NCBI GenBank assembly: GCA_002256025.1
Contig: NKIB01014258.1
Location: 1-45,437 of the forward strand
DNA from: Asterionella formosa
Lineage: Eukaryota
Reading direction: 5' to 3'
Length of the DNA stretch: 45,437 bases
The translations under genes were made by a program, and so were the position numbers. Shown piece after piece: positions 23,670 to 36,049 of the stretch (positions are counted from its first letter, which is position 1; every line of letters begins with the position of its first letter). Under the pieces are notes generated by a model. The model was not told where the DNA came from. It did no database searches and saw nothing but the letters and a program-made list of their open reading frames with translations.

Positions 23670-24435
23670 GAGCCGTTGCAGCATTTCTTTTCCTCTGATT
23701 CTTGGGAGGCCGTCCCTGTTTCTTAATAATCCGGTGGGATCTTTTAGAATCGTCATCCAATAAAATATCAGCAGGAGCTGTAGATGTAAGTGCAGATAAT
23801 TGGGAAGGAAATAATTCGGAATCTGTACTTGAGTCATTGGCATTCTTCTCTGGCTGGTAGTAGAAAGTTGCTTTGATAGTAGTAGGCGAGGAGATTTCCT
23901 TGTTGATGATTCAGGAGTAAAGGGAGAGCCTTTTCTTTTCAGATACTTCTTTAGGCAAGGAGACAACCTTGTTGATGATTCAGGAGTAAACGGAGCTCCG
24001 TGTCTTTTCAGATACTTCTTTGGTTCTTTTGATGACTTTTTGTTGTTGTGCCCCATCATGTCTCAAAGATCAAGAGTCTTTAAGCAATTCTTAGTAAGTT
24101 TTATCATTATCATCTTTTTTTCTGTATCCAGCGATTTTAAAGTGAATGCAAATACGACGAAGTTGTTGTAGCAATATCTGTTGAATGAGCATGTCTTTTA
24201 TCGTCCTCAAAGACCCTTTGCTTGTTGTCAATGAAAAAATCAGCAGGAGTGATACATGAAACCCACTGGTCATCCTGTTTTCTTGCTGCAAAGTAAGTTT
24301 CATGGTCCGAAGATTCAAATGATGCCATTGCGCAAGTCGTTTACAAGTGATGAAAGGCATTATTCCATGAGAAGCTAGAGATAATAATAATTGCTGAGAA
24401 TCCCTCCCCCCAAAATTCATTTCTGTTGTTGCCAT
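23670..24435 (-). pseudogene. Harbinger partner-ORF 5' part, frameshifted
   Basis: ITPADFFIDNK..IKDMLIQQILLQQLRRICIHFKIAGY aligns with ILPDDFVLDSK..IKGVAMKQISVKVLRKICIRYKVSGY at 31427. Confidence 0.7.
23898..24021. repeat. Tandem duplication, 69-bp period
   Basis: CCTTGTTGATGATTCAGGAGTAAA...TTTTCAGATACTTCTTT occurs twice; encodes KKYLKRxGxPFTPESSTR twice on the minus strand. Confidence 0.9.
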
Positions 24436-24879
24436 TAGAGATAAAAATGGTGTCTTTGTTGATTAATTTAATTACATGACACATATTAATTTTATAAAAT
24501 TAGTGTTGCTTAACGCTGTATCTGCAGCGATACACACAGATACACATATCGGAGCAACAAAAGATGTGTTGCTGGAAGCAACATATCACCCGGATATGTG
24601 AGATACAAAAAATTCTGCGGAGCAACATGTCTTTGATTTTTTATCTTTGTTAAGATTGGCCCTATTAGAATTGGTTTTCTTTTGCATTTATTTTAATCAT
24701 TAATAAGATTAAAAAATTGTGATGCATTCAAAAATTGATGCAAATTCTTTGATATATATATATATTGCCCTCCACTCATTTCCCCTCAAAAAGTATGTAA
24801 CATCGATCTGTTGTCGTAGTTCATGTTTGTTGATTTTGCTGCTTGCTTCTTATTTGCTTCATTGCTCTGTTGTTCGCTA

Positions 24880-25600
24880 TGTTAGATTGTAGACATAGGT
24901 TGCCTTGCAAAAAGTTGTGTCGAAATTGAGGGCACAGCGGTGTGTTTTGATTTGTTTGACAAACTTCTCAATGCTGATGGGGTCTGCTTCATGTGTTGTT
25001 GTGTCAACTTTGCTGTCCATCCTGTCATCTTGTTGTTTGTCAAGATCTTTCCAAATCTTGAAATGTGCACATATATATTGCTTGTCTTGCTCGCCTTAAA
25101 AAAGTCTTAACCCTTTTGTTGTTAACACTTTGCTTGTCTGTCAGCATACTCTCTTTCACCACAGACCTGAAGTTCTCTTGACCCCTTTTTCTCTTCAGAG
25201 AAACCCGACTGTAAAAATTCTTGGCGCAAGCCCAAGAATACTTGATTCCCTCTCCTGCAAGTTCACAGTGACATTTCGCCGTTCGGCCAGTCAACAAGTA
25301 CTCCCATTTCCATTGTTACCATTGACTGCAATAGTGTCTCCTCTTCTTCGAAATCAAGTCAGCCAGTTTTCCATTAACGACTTCAAAGAAAAAAAATTCT
25401 GGACAAATCTAAATATATCCTGCTTTCCATTCATTGCTTTCTAACTCTTCAATCTCAATTTGTCAATAAATCCACGCTCCCAAAGTGCTTTTCTGCAAGC
25501 AACAGACCCTTTTTGCATTCGAAAACTTTTGCTTTAGTCTCTTCAATTGGTAAGTTGTGTTCTCGAGCCTTTGATTGTATTGCTTGCTTCTTACCCTTTG
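24880..25600 (-). pseudogene. IS630/Tc1-like DDE transposase remnant
   Basis: ALWERGFID (about 25490) and TAKCHCELAGEGIKYSWACAKNFY..KRGQENFRSVVKESM..RRARQ; homologous to 36332-36944. Confidence 0.7.
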
Positions 25601-28600
25601 CTCCATGTGTGGTTTGAATTTGTTTCAATTTTGACTTTTACTCCTCAGAGTACAATTTGCAGGGCAACAAAAGCTAACACTCTGCTCCTCATTGTACCCC
25701 TAAACAGTTTCATTGAATTTCGAATGGAAAAGTGCTGGTAGAGCCTTTTGATGTACATATTTTGAAAGCTTCATTCAATATCCTGTTTTTCTTTGGCATA
25801 TTGTTGAATACTCATGCATGCAGATGTCAGGGTTGGCGTGGTAGGAGGGTGATAGATCTTTTGAGTTTATTCTGAATTGGTGGAGCTTGCGGTGTTTTCG
25901 TAGATTGTGGTACCACCACTTGGAGACAATGTTTGCATGTGTGGCAAGTGTGAGAACAGTGCAACAATGTCCCCAGCCAGCTTCAGATATTCATGTCATC
26001 TTTTGCAATTTGGTGTGAGTGGGCAATGAATTAGCAATTTTGATGGATGTTACACCTGTGATGATGAGTGATGTTGTATCCTTGGTTAAGTGGGTTCAGA
26101 TTCTGAATCAATGATGGGAGGTATCCAGAGCTGGATTTATTTGCTTGCATAAAGATTTCTTTTCTTTTGTGATTGCATTCAGGGTGGACTCCTTTGGTAA
26201 AGGGTTGAAGGTTTTCTTGGCTTCAGGGGAGTGGCCCCATTGTGTTGTTTTTGGTTGCTGCTGAGAGTAGTGGATGATTGCAGGGTGAAAAATGACTTAA
26301 ATGGTGAGTCCTCTAGCTAGCTGGATGTCCTTTCTCAGTAATTTGGGTAAATGAAGCAGTAGCTGGTTCTGATGAAACATCAGTCCCCCCTTTAGCATTA
26401 AAAATTTACTAATACTAGCTAGTATTGGTACTTTTCCTTCTCCTTTGTCTTGAATTCAATTCTTCTCCTACTAGTACTAGACTAGTCATAATAGCTTTAC
26501 TATTGGAATCAAAACTAGTGCGTGCCGTAGAGAAACTGCTTTCTCCAATAGTCGAGGTGAATCACTACTACCACTAGATGATTTCAAATGACAATTACAA
26601 AATTTTCGACCGTCATGACCCCGATTTCCACTTCTTAGCAGCCTCTTCCATTTATATTCCCACTCAGATAATATACATACTATGTAGGAAGCTTAGGAAC
26701 TGCTGCTGATGCGTCTTTTCTGTGATATAAACAAGTACTTGCCTACTTTTTTCTTTGTTTGATACTCAAGTCGAAATATCATCACCTTCCTGCCTGTAGA
26801 AATCTCGATCTCATTTGCTTCCAAAGATAGATTTAGAAACACTGTATTGATATACCTTATCGATCTATTAGTAGTATTAACGTTTATATTATCGCCAAGA
26901 GAGTGCTTTCATGATGGACAATATTCTCTGAATTGATTGACCAGCAACCAAACACCATGAATGGCAGAGTCACTGATGGCAGCCATAACTGATATTCCTA
27001 CAACTTTTTGAATATCATGTGACAAGTGATTCCCCAAAAGCGTTCCACTCATAACTAGAAGAATGCATCTAAAAGCCTTTGGGGAATCACTTTTGCGCAA
27101 GTAACGGCGGCAATATTGAGCAACATGGTGAGGTGATCGAAGCAAAAAAATTGGCATGATATTCCTTACACCTATAGAGATAAGGATGATGTTTTGTACC
27201 AGTTCTACGTGGGCTACTGTAATAATTTTTTAGATGTAACCAGCTGTATATGGTTGCCCACAAGATCCAAATGGTGACGACAATCCAACAATAGGCCAGT
27301 CAACTTCCCCAGAGTACTATAAAAAACTGGTCTGCTTTTTGCACATTCTACAAAATTATCTGTCAACATATTCATGATGTTGTGGCTGCTGCTCGCGAAA
27401 TGATATTGACTTCAGGGGGTGCTGAAAGCAAACAAAGAAGCAAATTGATACTTACTTAGTAGTAGCTACTAGATGTGGAGCTTCATTATCCTGATCCAAA
27501 GGTTGCAGCTTCGCTTTGCATTAGAGGACCACCATGTAAGTATGTTCTTGCCAAGAAATGCGGTCTTTCAGACAAGTGGCTCCTGGAATACTAGTAGTAT
27601 GTTGTTCCAAACATTTTCGCACAGTGTCCACGTGCTCAGCTTTGAAGTTTGTCTGCCCAAATTTGTGGGCGTCTATTGATCTACCAGCTGCTCTGACATG
27701 GCAAACTTGGTCAGCATATGATTTAATCTCTGCATCTACCTCAAGACGAAAATCCTGTGAGAAACAGTTGGTTGAGGTCACTGGGTCAGAGGCAAAGCTT
27801 TATATTGACGAAATTAGCACTGAATTGTTGTAGACAGTCATAGCACGTATGATGTGTTATTTCTACAGGATATGTACCTACCGGTATATATGCATTACCA
27901 GTATGTAAGAAATGATCTACCAGCAGTGGACTACTTAGACTAGGATAAAGCATTTCAAATCAGTGGGAAAAATCGTCCACATTTTTCCGTCCATTGAGGT
28001 TGGCGTTTTTGTCCACGGTTAGCACCGGCCTTAAGTACCAAAAAACGCCTATTTACTTTCAACTTTAGCATCAAACGCTTAGTTATTTTTAAAAAGCACC
28101 AAAGGCTTATTTACTTTTTAACTTAAGCAGGAAGGGTCACGAGCACAAGCCAAGCCTCCATGGAAGCGTGCAATCTCTTGCACGACGCGCTCTCTCTCTA
28201 TATAAAGTTCTGTAAAATAAGCTGATAATATTTAACCCCCCAAATTTCTGTTTCCTGGTATGTACCGATAATACACTGCATACGTCATGAATCGAAATTT
28301 GGGCTATACAATAGAATGTTTTACACAAATTTGTTATAACGCGATCACTAAATGTACAATTTCGTTTTCTTAAATAAATAGATTTAGACCGGAGCAAATG
28401 TTTCTACCGGTACCTGCAAACGACAAGTGCTCCATCTGGTTGCATCTTTTAAGTCGTTTACTGGTACCGTATTTCATTTGTGACTGCGCGCGAGTGTGAC
28501 TGATGGGGCCAGTGTTAATTTTAAAAACACACATGACATTCAAATTGTGAATCCCATCTAGGTTCAAGCCTAAAATTATTCCCGCCCTGGTACGGCGGGA

Positions 28601-28767
28601 GGCCTCGGGAATACAACATATTTTGAGTGGCACACGTTCTTCTGAAGAGTGTCAATGATAAGATTGCTCGTGTTCCTGGCAAAATATAGCAGCACTTAAA
28701 TGAGTGATCACTGTATGTTATGTTAATCTAATTTAGGACTTGTTTCTTAATTACGTCATTCTGTTAG

Positions 28768-30234
28768 CTAGATCCTTGAAGTGAAGAACTCTTGAGCCAT
28801 AGTGACCATGTCCTCCATGACAGCCAGCGTTGCCAATCTAGCAATCACAACCTTCCATCGTGTCATAATGGCATCTCTCTCGTGGGTCGAAGATGCTTCA
28901 AATAAAAATTCTTCGCCCGTGATAATTCGCAATAAAAAACTCCTATCGGCATGTGCCAAAGGATACGTCGCCTTATCAAAAGTTGCTACAACTCGACAAG
29001 CATGCAAAAGGCGGACACTATTGGGGTTTTGATAAGACTCGCTGAGCTTTCGTATTCCCAAATCGCCTTGATAAACTTCGCGCCACATAAGTTTCGGTTC
29101 AACAATCACATTTCCTTCATTGAGAATGTTCCCTCGTTCCATCCACACTTCGACGGGTGTAGACTTTTGGTCCGTATGATAGGTCAAGGACCAAGTGTAG
29201 TTGAGCGTGTGTTCTACCACTTCCGATAGCAGCTCATCATCGAGTTTACTCTTTGGCACTTGTGCGGATTGTGGTGTTTGTAGCGCTGAGGAAAATTGGC
29301 CATGATTACTTGCGATGGATTCCTTTGCGACCGCCAAAAATTCAGGATCACTATCATACCCAATGTCCTCTTCGATAGCGATTGCTTCCATACCCTTGCC
29401 GATGAGCTGATCCAAGTCTTCGTCTCCAAACAAGCTCACCCCAAACGCACTATGAAAAGAAACTTCATCTTCTTGTTGAAAGCTGCGTGAAAGAAGCGAA
29501 TCATTCATGGATCTGACTCTGACAAGCCCAGCCGGGTCCACCCCGACTCGCTCTTGTCTGACTCTGCGAATGGCAGCTGCCCTGCTGTGAATCGATCGCT
29601 TACACACCTTTCTTTTAGCAATTTGTGTCATCGGAGGCTTGTGAAGAATCGCCCAGGCTTGCAACTCGTCCGCCGTAGGATTTTCCAAGCACCCAAGCAT
29701 GGCCACAACGTCGTCGTTGACTTGATCGTGTAAGAAAAACGGCGTGTTCACTTCATGAATAATGTCTCCACATGACTCCGAGAAACAAATAACATCGACA
29801 AATGATTCCGTGACATTGTTAAGAGAATAGGTAGATGAGTCCAACCAATCCGTTAAGACATTAGAAGGCGCCGCGGGCACACAACATGCCAGTTGTCGTT
29901 GCTGATTGGTTGGAGAGGTTTGCGTCGGAGGGTGACGGTCAAACTCGCGCGGCGCATGGGGAAAGTCCTCATCAAAGAGGTTGCCGATATTGTCGTCCTC
30001 GGCGTCGGAGGAGTCATCTGAATCAGAAGTCACATTCAGGATGGAATTGTGCGTATTCACCGATTGTCGGATTTCTTCCGACACTTCGCGAAGACAAGTC
30101 GATGTATCGCGGCAGTTGCTGTAGTTCATCACGACGGGGAAGTTGTGGTAATGATGATGGTCTTGCAACTCAACAATTTCGTGACTGCTGTCAATGAGCG
30201 TGTCATCGCGGCTGTGGGAAATCTCAACTACCAT
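28768..30234 (-). CDS. Hypothetical protein (488 aa) with C-terminal PH-like domain
   Basis: Clean long ORF with an acidic, disordered N-terminus and a GYDSDPE motif. C-terminal RSFLLRIITGEEFLFEASSTHERDAIMTRWK resembles the PH terminal strands and helix. Confidence 0.85.
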   Translation of the reverse strand: MVVEISHSRDDTLIDSSHEIVELQDHHHYHNFPVVMNYSNCRDTSTCLREVSEEIRQSVNTHNSILNVTSDSDDSSDAEDDNIGNLFDEDFPHAPREFDRHPPTQTSPTNQQRQLACCVPAAPSNVLTDWLDSSTYSLNNVTESFVDVICFSESCGDIIHEVNTPFFLHDQVNDDVVAMLGCLENPTADELQAWAILHKPPMTQIAKRKVCKRSIHSRAAAIRRVRQERVGVDPAGLVRVRSMNDSLLSRSFQQEDEVSFHSAFGVSLFGDEDLDQLIGKGMEAIAIEEDIGYDSDPEFLAVAKESIASNHGQFSSALQTPQSAQVPKSKLDDELLSEVVEHTLNYTWSLTYHTDQKSTPVEVWMERGNILNEGNVIVEPKLMWREVYQGDLGIRKLSESYQNPNSVRLLHACRVVATFDKATYPLAHADRSFLLRIITGEEFLFEASSTHERDAIMTRWKVVIARLATLAVMEDMVTMAQEFFTSRI

Positions 30235-30904
30235 TTTGCAATGACGAGGGCAATCTCAAAAAAGGAAATGGCAAGGTAGATAATCCAACACTGGAAGAAT
30301 GAGAATCCAGCGTGACACTTTCTTCGTGAATTGGTTCTCGTTGTCGTTGGCTTTGGGGTGCTATGTATGGACGAGCTGGCTCTGAGATGCCGACAACATG
30401 CAGTACAGACCGCTTTTGCTTTCACCTTGTTGGTGTGGCAGAACAATCAGGAAACAACTCAACGGCGCAATGATAGAAATGTAAAATAGGCACGAGAGCG
30501 AGGAGAATGCGTCGTTTCACTTCAGGTCCATTCAACCCGTTCTCTTTATGTTATGGCTTAAATTTTATGATCAAATGCACATAAAACAGAGATTTTGTAC
30601 CAGCTCTGGATCCTCTGGTGGGATTTGAAACTCACTCCAAATGTCACTGTGAATGCAGCGCACGCAAGCCGACCACACACGCCCTACCGCGGCAATTCAT
30701 CCACATAGAAAATCCAAAAGCAAGGTCTGTTTTGAAAATTTTATATACTTAAGACAGCGGATTCAAAAAAGCGCACGAAACATCGCAAGAACCCCGGGAG
30801 ATCCAGATTTGTGACTTGAAGAAAATTGATGGTTTGTCGGTATATTTCTACTTACAATAGATTACCTTGTACCTTGTGCCTTGTACTGCATGTATGTATA
30901 AATG

Positions 30905-31100
30905 AAATACCAGGTAGATTGTACCAAGACCAGGTACCAGGTACCCTGGTACTCGGAATATTCCTACCTGTTACTCGTACCAGGTACCAGGACCATACAT
31001 ACATGCACACATGCATCAATACATGTATACAAACATAACACATACTTACCATAGGGCAGTTGTGTTTTCTTACCTCGTAACAGGTACCAGGTACCTGGTC
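30905..31100. repeat. GGTACC/CCAGGT low-complexity palindromic repeat cluster
   Basis: CAGGTACCAGGTACCCTGGTAC and variants. The same motif occurs at 1-25, about 13290, about 20290, 34594-34615 and 45421-45437. Confidence 0.8.
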
Positions 31101-31426
31101 AGTTTAAATCTATGTCTGAACGTATGAGAAACGTGAGGTGATGATGATAATACCCAGCCGAGTACCGGTATATACAATGTACTGTACGAGCACCGTACAG
31201 ACTGTACTCGTATCGCCCTAAGCAAGTTCCGGTAATCTTGCCGTACTGAAGATTTAGCTATCTTTATCCTAGATTAAAATGTTTGTCTAAGGGTCGTTCT
31301 TATCATTCCGAATTTGTTACAACAGATCAGTCATTGGAATCTCCCTGAAGATACTACAAGCAAGGCAAATGGAACCACATAGTATGGAACCAGTCACACA
31401 AACGCAGACAACAACTGGCTGTTGAT

Positions 31427-32815
31427 GTGGAGACCACTGTACATCAAGATCGACCCAATACCTTCAACAATACAATGCAGTCTCTTGCTACAGATACTGA
31501 AGTCAATCGATTTGTTGATTCCCTCATACTTCCTGATGACTTTGTGCTTGATAGTAAAAGGACACAGGTGATTATCATCAAAGGTGTTGCAATGAAGCAG
31601 ATCTCGGTCAAGGTTCTCCGAAAAATTTGCATCAGATACAAAGTTTCTGGATACAAAAATGCGAAGAAGGCTTTCACTGTTGCTTTGATTGTTCGACTTT
31701 TGAAGAGGAGAGACAGCTTGTCACAGAGGATATACCCTAGATCTTTCAATGTCAATGAATCGGACATTGAATTGGATAGTGATAATGATAATCATCACGA
31801 ACATGGTTCAATTAATGATGAGGAATTCAAAGTCAATGAAGATTGCGAAGATGATAATGATGAAATGAATGACAAAGTTCAAGAGGCAACAGCAGTGCAG
31901 CCAAATAAGTCTTTGGTCGATCATCAGTTTGAACAAGAGGAAGAGAACCCTCCTGTAAAAAAGCGAAAAACAATAAGGCACAGGCAAAGTCAACTCCTCC
32001 AGATGCTGTGACCTGCAGCAACACTTATTTCCGTGTCATTAATGTCTACATGTGCAACAAGCATCGCAGTGATGTTTTGCGTCTATGTCAGCCACCAACT
32101 CTGGCTGAACTTGATGCAAGAAGATTTCGACACAAGTCCATTTTCGATCGACTTGTTGTCACATATATTGATGATGAGGATGACGACTGCACCATTCTAG
32201 AATTTTCCGAAGATGAATACTGGGACCAAGTGGGAATTGATGCTCTGACTACGCAAAAAATTTGATGTCCTCACTTCCAAAGACTTTTCATTGGTAATGG
32301 GATACATTAATCATCATTATCAAGTTGCCTATCGAAAAAACAAGCAATCAGGCAGTCATGATGATTTTGTCAACTTTGTTGAGTCACATCATTTCCTATA
32401 TTACTACCATCTTTGGTTGTGTCAAGTTCCGCATCTATTGAATTTTGCTGTACCACTGTTTCTAAATTATGCCTCCCGTGAGAGTATAGACATTGATGAT
32501 ACAGCTGCCACCACATTGTCATCAAAATCAAAGTCTATAGACATTGACGATATGGCTGCCACCACATTGTCATCAACATCAAAATTAAAATCTTCAAGTC
32601 TACAACTGCACCACGCAGAGAAAAATGATCTACTGGATGTTTTGTATAAGTATAATGTCCGACTAAGAGTTGCGCAGGAGGAACTGGAAGAACTCGAAAA
32701 TAAAGATTATGACTCTTCAAGTTCTGACATTGTCCAAGCTCGAATAAAAAAATTGAATTGTGTAAAAGAAAGCGTGATCAGGTCTTCAATCTCTTATCTC
32801 AAGGTGACACATTGA
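31427..32815 (+). pseudogene. Harbinger partner (putative DNA-binding) ORF, frameshifted
   Basis: Three consecutive ORF pieces (31427-32011, 32008-32265, 32291-32815) convergent with the transposase. Includes a 51-bp tandem duplication at about 32482-32584. Confidence 0.7.
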
Positions 32816-32869
32816 AATGAATAATATATTTTTTCAACAATCAATTATAATCTACATTAAATTTGATTC

Positions 32870-34098
32870 ATGCAATTCCAACCTTTTTCTTTCAATATTA
32901 GCTGGAGGTCTTTGCAAGCCCATGTTAGCCATTCTTTCAATAATAACATCTGGAATGACAGAACTACCAGGCATTAAACCATCCAATTTCTAAGTCGTTG
33001 GCAAATATCCCTTCCAAAAAATCCAGAAATATCCTCCTTATCAACTTTATTTTCGTCTATGACATAATTGTGCAATCGTGCACATAGCTCAAGCACTTTT
33101 GCAGTTGTTTCCAAGCCAGTTGTTAAGTTTTTTTAGAACAACCCATTTTGTCTGTAAGAAACCAAATGCCATCTCTTTCCAAATCCGTATCTGATGTGAA
33201 AGAAAGAAATTATAGGCATCTTGTGTTTGGTCATCACGCTGAGAACCAACAAATGGAACTAACATGACATACGACAATGTAGTATATGCTGCATCACCCC
33301 ACAAGATAGAAACCAGAATCAAATAATGTATTTTGTTGGGTAGAGCAGTTCTCTCAAACGCAACTTGATCACTGCTTCGTCCAGGAGCAATCACCCCAAA
33401 AATATATATATCTACTAGCTACTCTCAACATCACAGATAGCCTGAACATTGATACCATAAATGATGTAATGTCTAGAATATAAAGCTCCTGGATTGTTTC
33501 CACAGTCACGTTGCGTGGGACGACTAATTGTGGCTAAAAAACAATGGCACCAACACACCCTCTGATCAACTTTTCTGTACTCTTTTGTTCAAAGGCTAGC
33601 AGCCATAGCCAATTTCACCAAATCACTCCTTGTTTTGGGAAATATAATTTTCAGATAATCACACTTAAGCACAGCTTCAAGAAATAAATCTCGGCATCTA
33701 TAGATTGAAGCTAGTATGCTACATCCATATGCATGACAAATGTCAATGTAGCTGCCTCCAGCCAACCATCAAATGCCAATGGCCAGCACAATTTCTTGGT
33801 AAATGGGAGTAGCTGTACCGCACTTGGAGAAATTCCGAAGGGACGGTCAATAAGTCTTTTCATAAGCGTCCTCATTACACAGTTTCTTGAAATGAGAATG
33901 CCATGACATTCTCTCATGCTCCCATTTTGTCTTCCTCTTTTTAAATTTCGTTTCAGCCTCGAGAGCCAGATGACAAAGGATAAAGAATTGATCATGGTAA
34001 TCGTAATCAAAGAATATATGGTTGTTTTCATTATCAAAAATTTGATTACTGATGACATCATTACCATCATCATCATTGCCATCGTTCATCATTGCCAT
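32870..34098 (-). pseudogene. PIF/Harbinger DDE_Tnp_4 transposase, disrupted
   Basis: RGCVGAI, YGINVQAICD, APGRSSDQVAF, WGDAAY, DAYNFFLS..RI..EMAFGFLQTKW, CARLHNYVID; many stops and frameshifts. Confidence 0.9.
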
Positions 34099-35656
34099 CG
34101 TTGATATTGCTTCACGGCACCTTTAGTCCAATGTTGATCCACTTGTTCGTCGTTGTGCACTGACAATGATGACATGGTGCTGATTGCTTGTAAACCTGAA
34201 AGGGGACGATGGCAAGCAGAAGTATAAAGACGATTTTGCATGTCTGTGTTGACTCATGATGGCAAATCAAGAATTTAGCAGGTATGTCAGCTATATATTC
34301 CATACTGGTACATAATACGCGTAGTTTTCCTACATGGTTTTAGTACTGGAAAATCATCGAAATAGTCTGGAGGGAAGCCTGGAGGGATATGCACATGATT
34401 GTAGCCAGCCCGTAACCGTTGAATTTTTTGTGATACTTTTTGGTGATACAATTTCATCTTTATTTTTGTGGAGAAGAATGGATTTTTTCGGTTTAAATCG
34501 AGTAGCCATTGCATGATAGGCACTTTTTCAAAAAATATGATACCAAATCGAAAATGATCAGAACAACCTTAAGCAAAATGACCGCAACTTGCTGGTACCC
34601 TGGTACCAGGGTACCTATAAACGCATAAATAGATGCCTGAATGTATCATAGGAAATGTGAGTCGATGTTGTTAATACTCAGCCAAGTACAATGTTCTGTA
34701 AGAGCACCGTACAACTGTATGCGTCTGGCCCCTAGCAAGTTGCGATAATCTTTCTGAACTAAAGATTTACCTACTAAATATGGCTGGATGCATGATCGAA
34801 GAACATAAAGTAGCTCTCGTAGGCCTGGCACAAACCATCATTTCTAAAAATATAGCTAAATATTTTTCACGCAATGGTTCTCTTCTTGCGACAACCAGCA
34901 CCATGTTGATTGGGCTACATTTGTTCCCTTTGCTTCCCTTCTATGCCTTGTGTTTTGCAACATATCATGAGGACCATGTTCATAGTGCCAATCAGAAACC
35001 AAACCGCAAAACAGATGATAACAAACTTTCAGTTGTTTTGACGATATTTTTCTTTGGTGATGGCGGGGTCATCACAACGTGGGCACTGGATTCCGTCCGA
35101 CCTTCTCATTCACTACATGAACCAACAATACAACATCGGAAGTGACATGCTATTGACTAAGCGAACATTGATAACATACGTGAACAAGTGCTACCCTTCA
35201 ATGTCCTATGATCCCAATAGAATCATCATTCCAAGTGGCACTGTGGTGGACTTCTATAGAGCCAACGGTCAAGTCTAGAGCGTCCACTACAACCTATTTT
35301 TCTTTTCTGACCATGGTTCTCGTGCTCCTTTGTTTCCCAAGAACATCAATGTCGCTTCTTTTCTTAATAATAGCGTCACAAAGCGACTATTTGGGGGTTC
35401 AAGGCAAATTCGAATTGGAGAGGCGATGGATAATCTTGAATTTGGATCGCTCAACAGCAAACAAGCCAAAATGATGAACTCAAATGAAGCTGATAATCCC
35501 TCCATTGAAGCCATAAATCAACCTCAATCATAACCAACAATTTCGGATACTACAGAGCAAGGTCAGGCTCGTCTGAGCATAGATTATTGGAAGTCAGGTG
35601 AGGCCAGGACAAATGATGATTTTATCAAAAACACTCGGCGTTCCTCTCGACATGGC

Positions 35657-35910
35657 TGAGGACTGGAGAGGATGATGAGCCAAACCACATAACTTTAGCT
35701 GGTACGACATTATCCTACCAAGAAATTTAAATAAAGGAACCTAAAGGAAACAACAATACATATAATAATTAAATTTACATAGTCAAAAGTGTTACTATTT
35801 AAATTACGAGGGCATTTATCAAAATTATTAGATGATATAACGAAAAATTATGATCAGATGATCATAATTCTATGATGCATCATAGGAATATGATGGTTTT
35901 TATTTGCAGA
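35657..35910 (+). repeat. ~250-bp dispersed repeat, copy 2
   Basis: Near-identical to 7708-7958. Confidence 0.93.
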
Positions 35911-36049
35911 CGATTGTAGTACTCCCATGGTAGAAGTAATACCCAGCAAGTTTACAGTACTACTACCGGTAGGCTACTATATGAATTTTTTAAATATACA
36001 TGGTCAATTTGTCTAAATTCATAATTGTATGATTTAGACCATTTGAAAA

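Larger units (their letters stand above)
22448..24663. mobile_element. Non-autonomous PIF/Harbinger-type element carrying captured host-gene fragments
   Basis: 22-bp TIRs AGGGCCAATCTTAGCAGAGATA / AGGGCCAATCTTAACAAAGATA (20/22 match) and subterminal AGATAC motifs at both ends. Transposase 5' stub on +, partner-ORF 5' stub on -. Confidence 0.8.
31221..34593. mobile_element. Decayed two-ORF PIF/Harbinger-type DNA transposon
   Basis: TIRs AGCAAGTTCCGGTAATCTTGC / AGCAAGTTGCGGTCATTTTGC (18/21 match) enclose a convergent partner ORF and DDE_Tnp_4 transposase. Confidence 0.8.
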
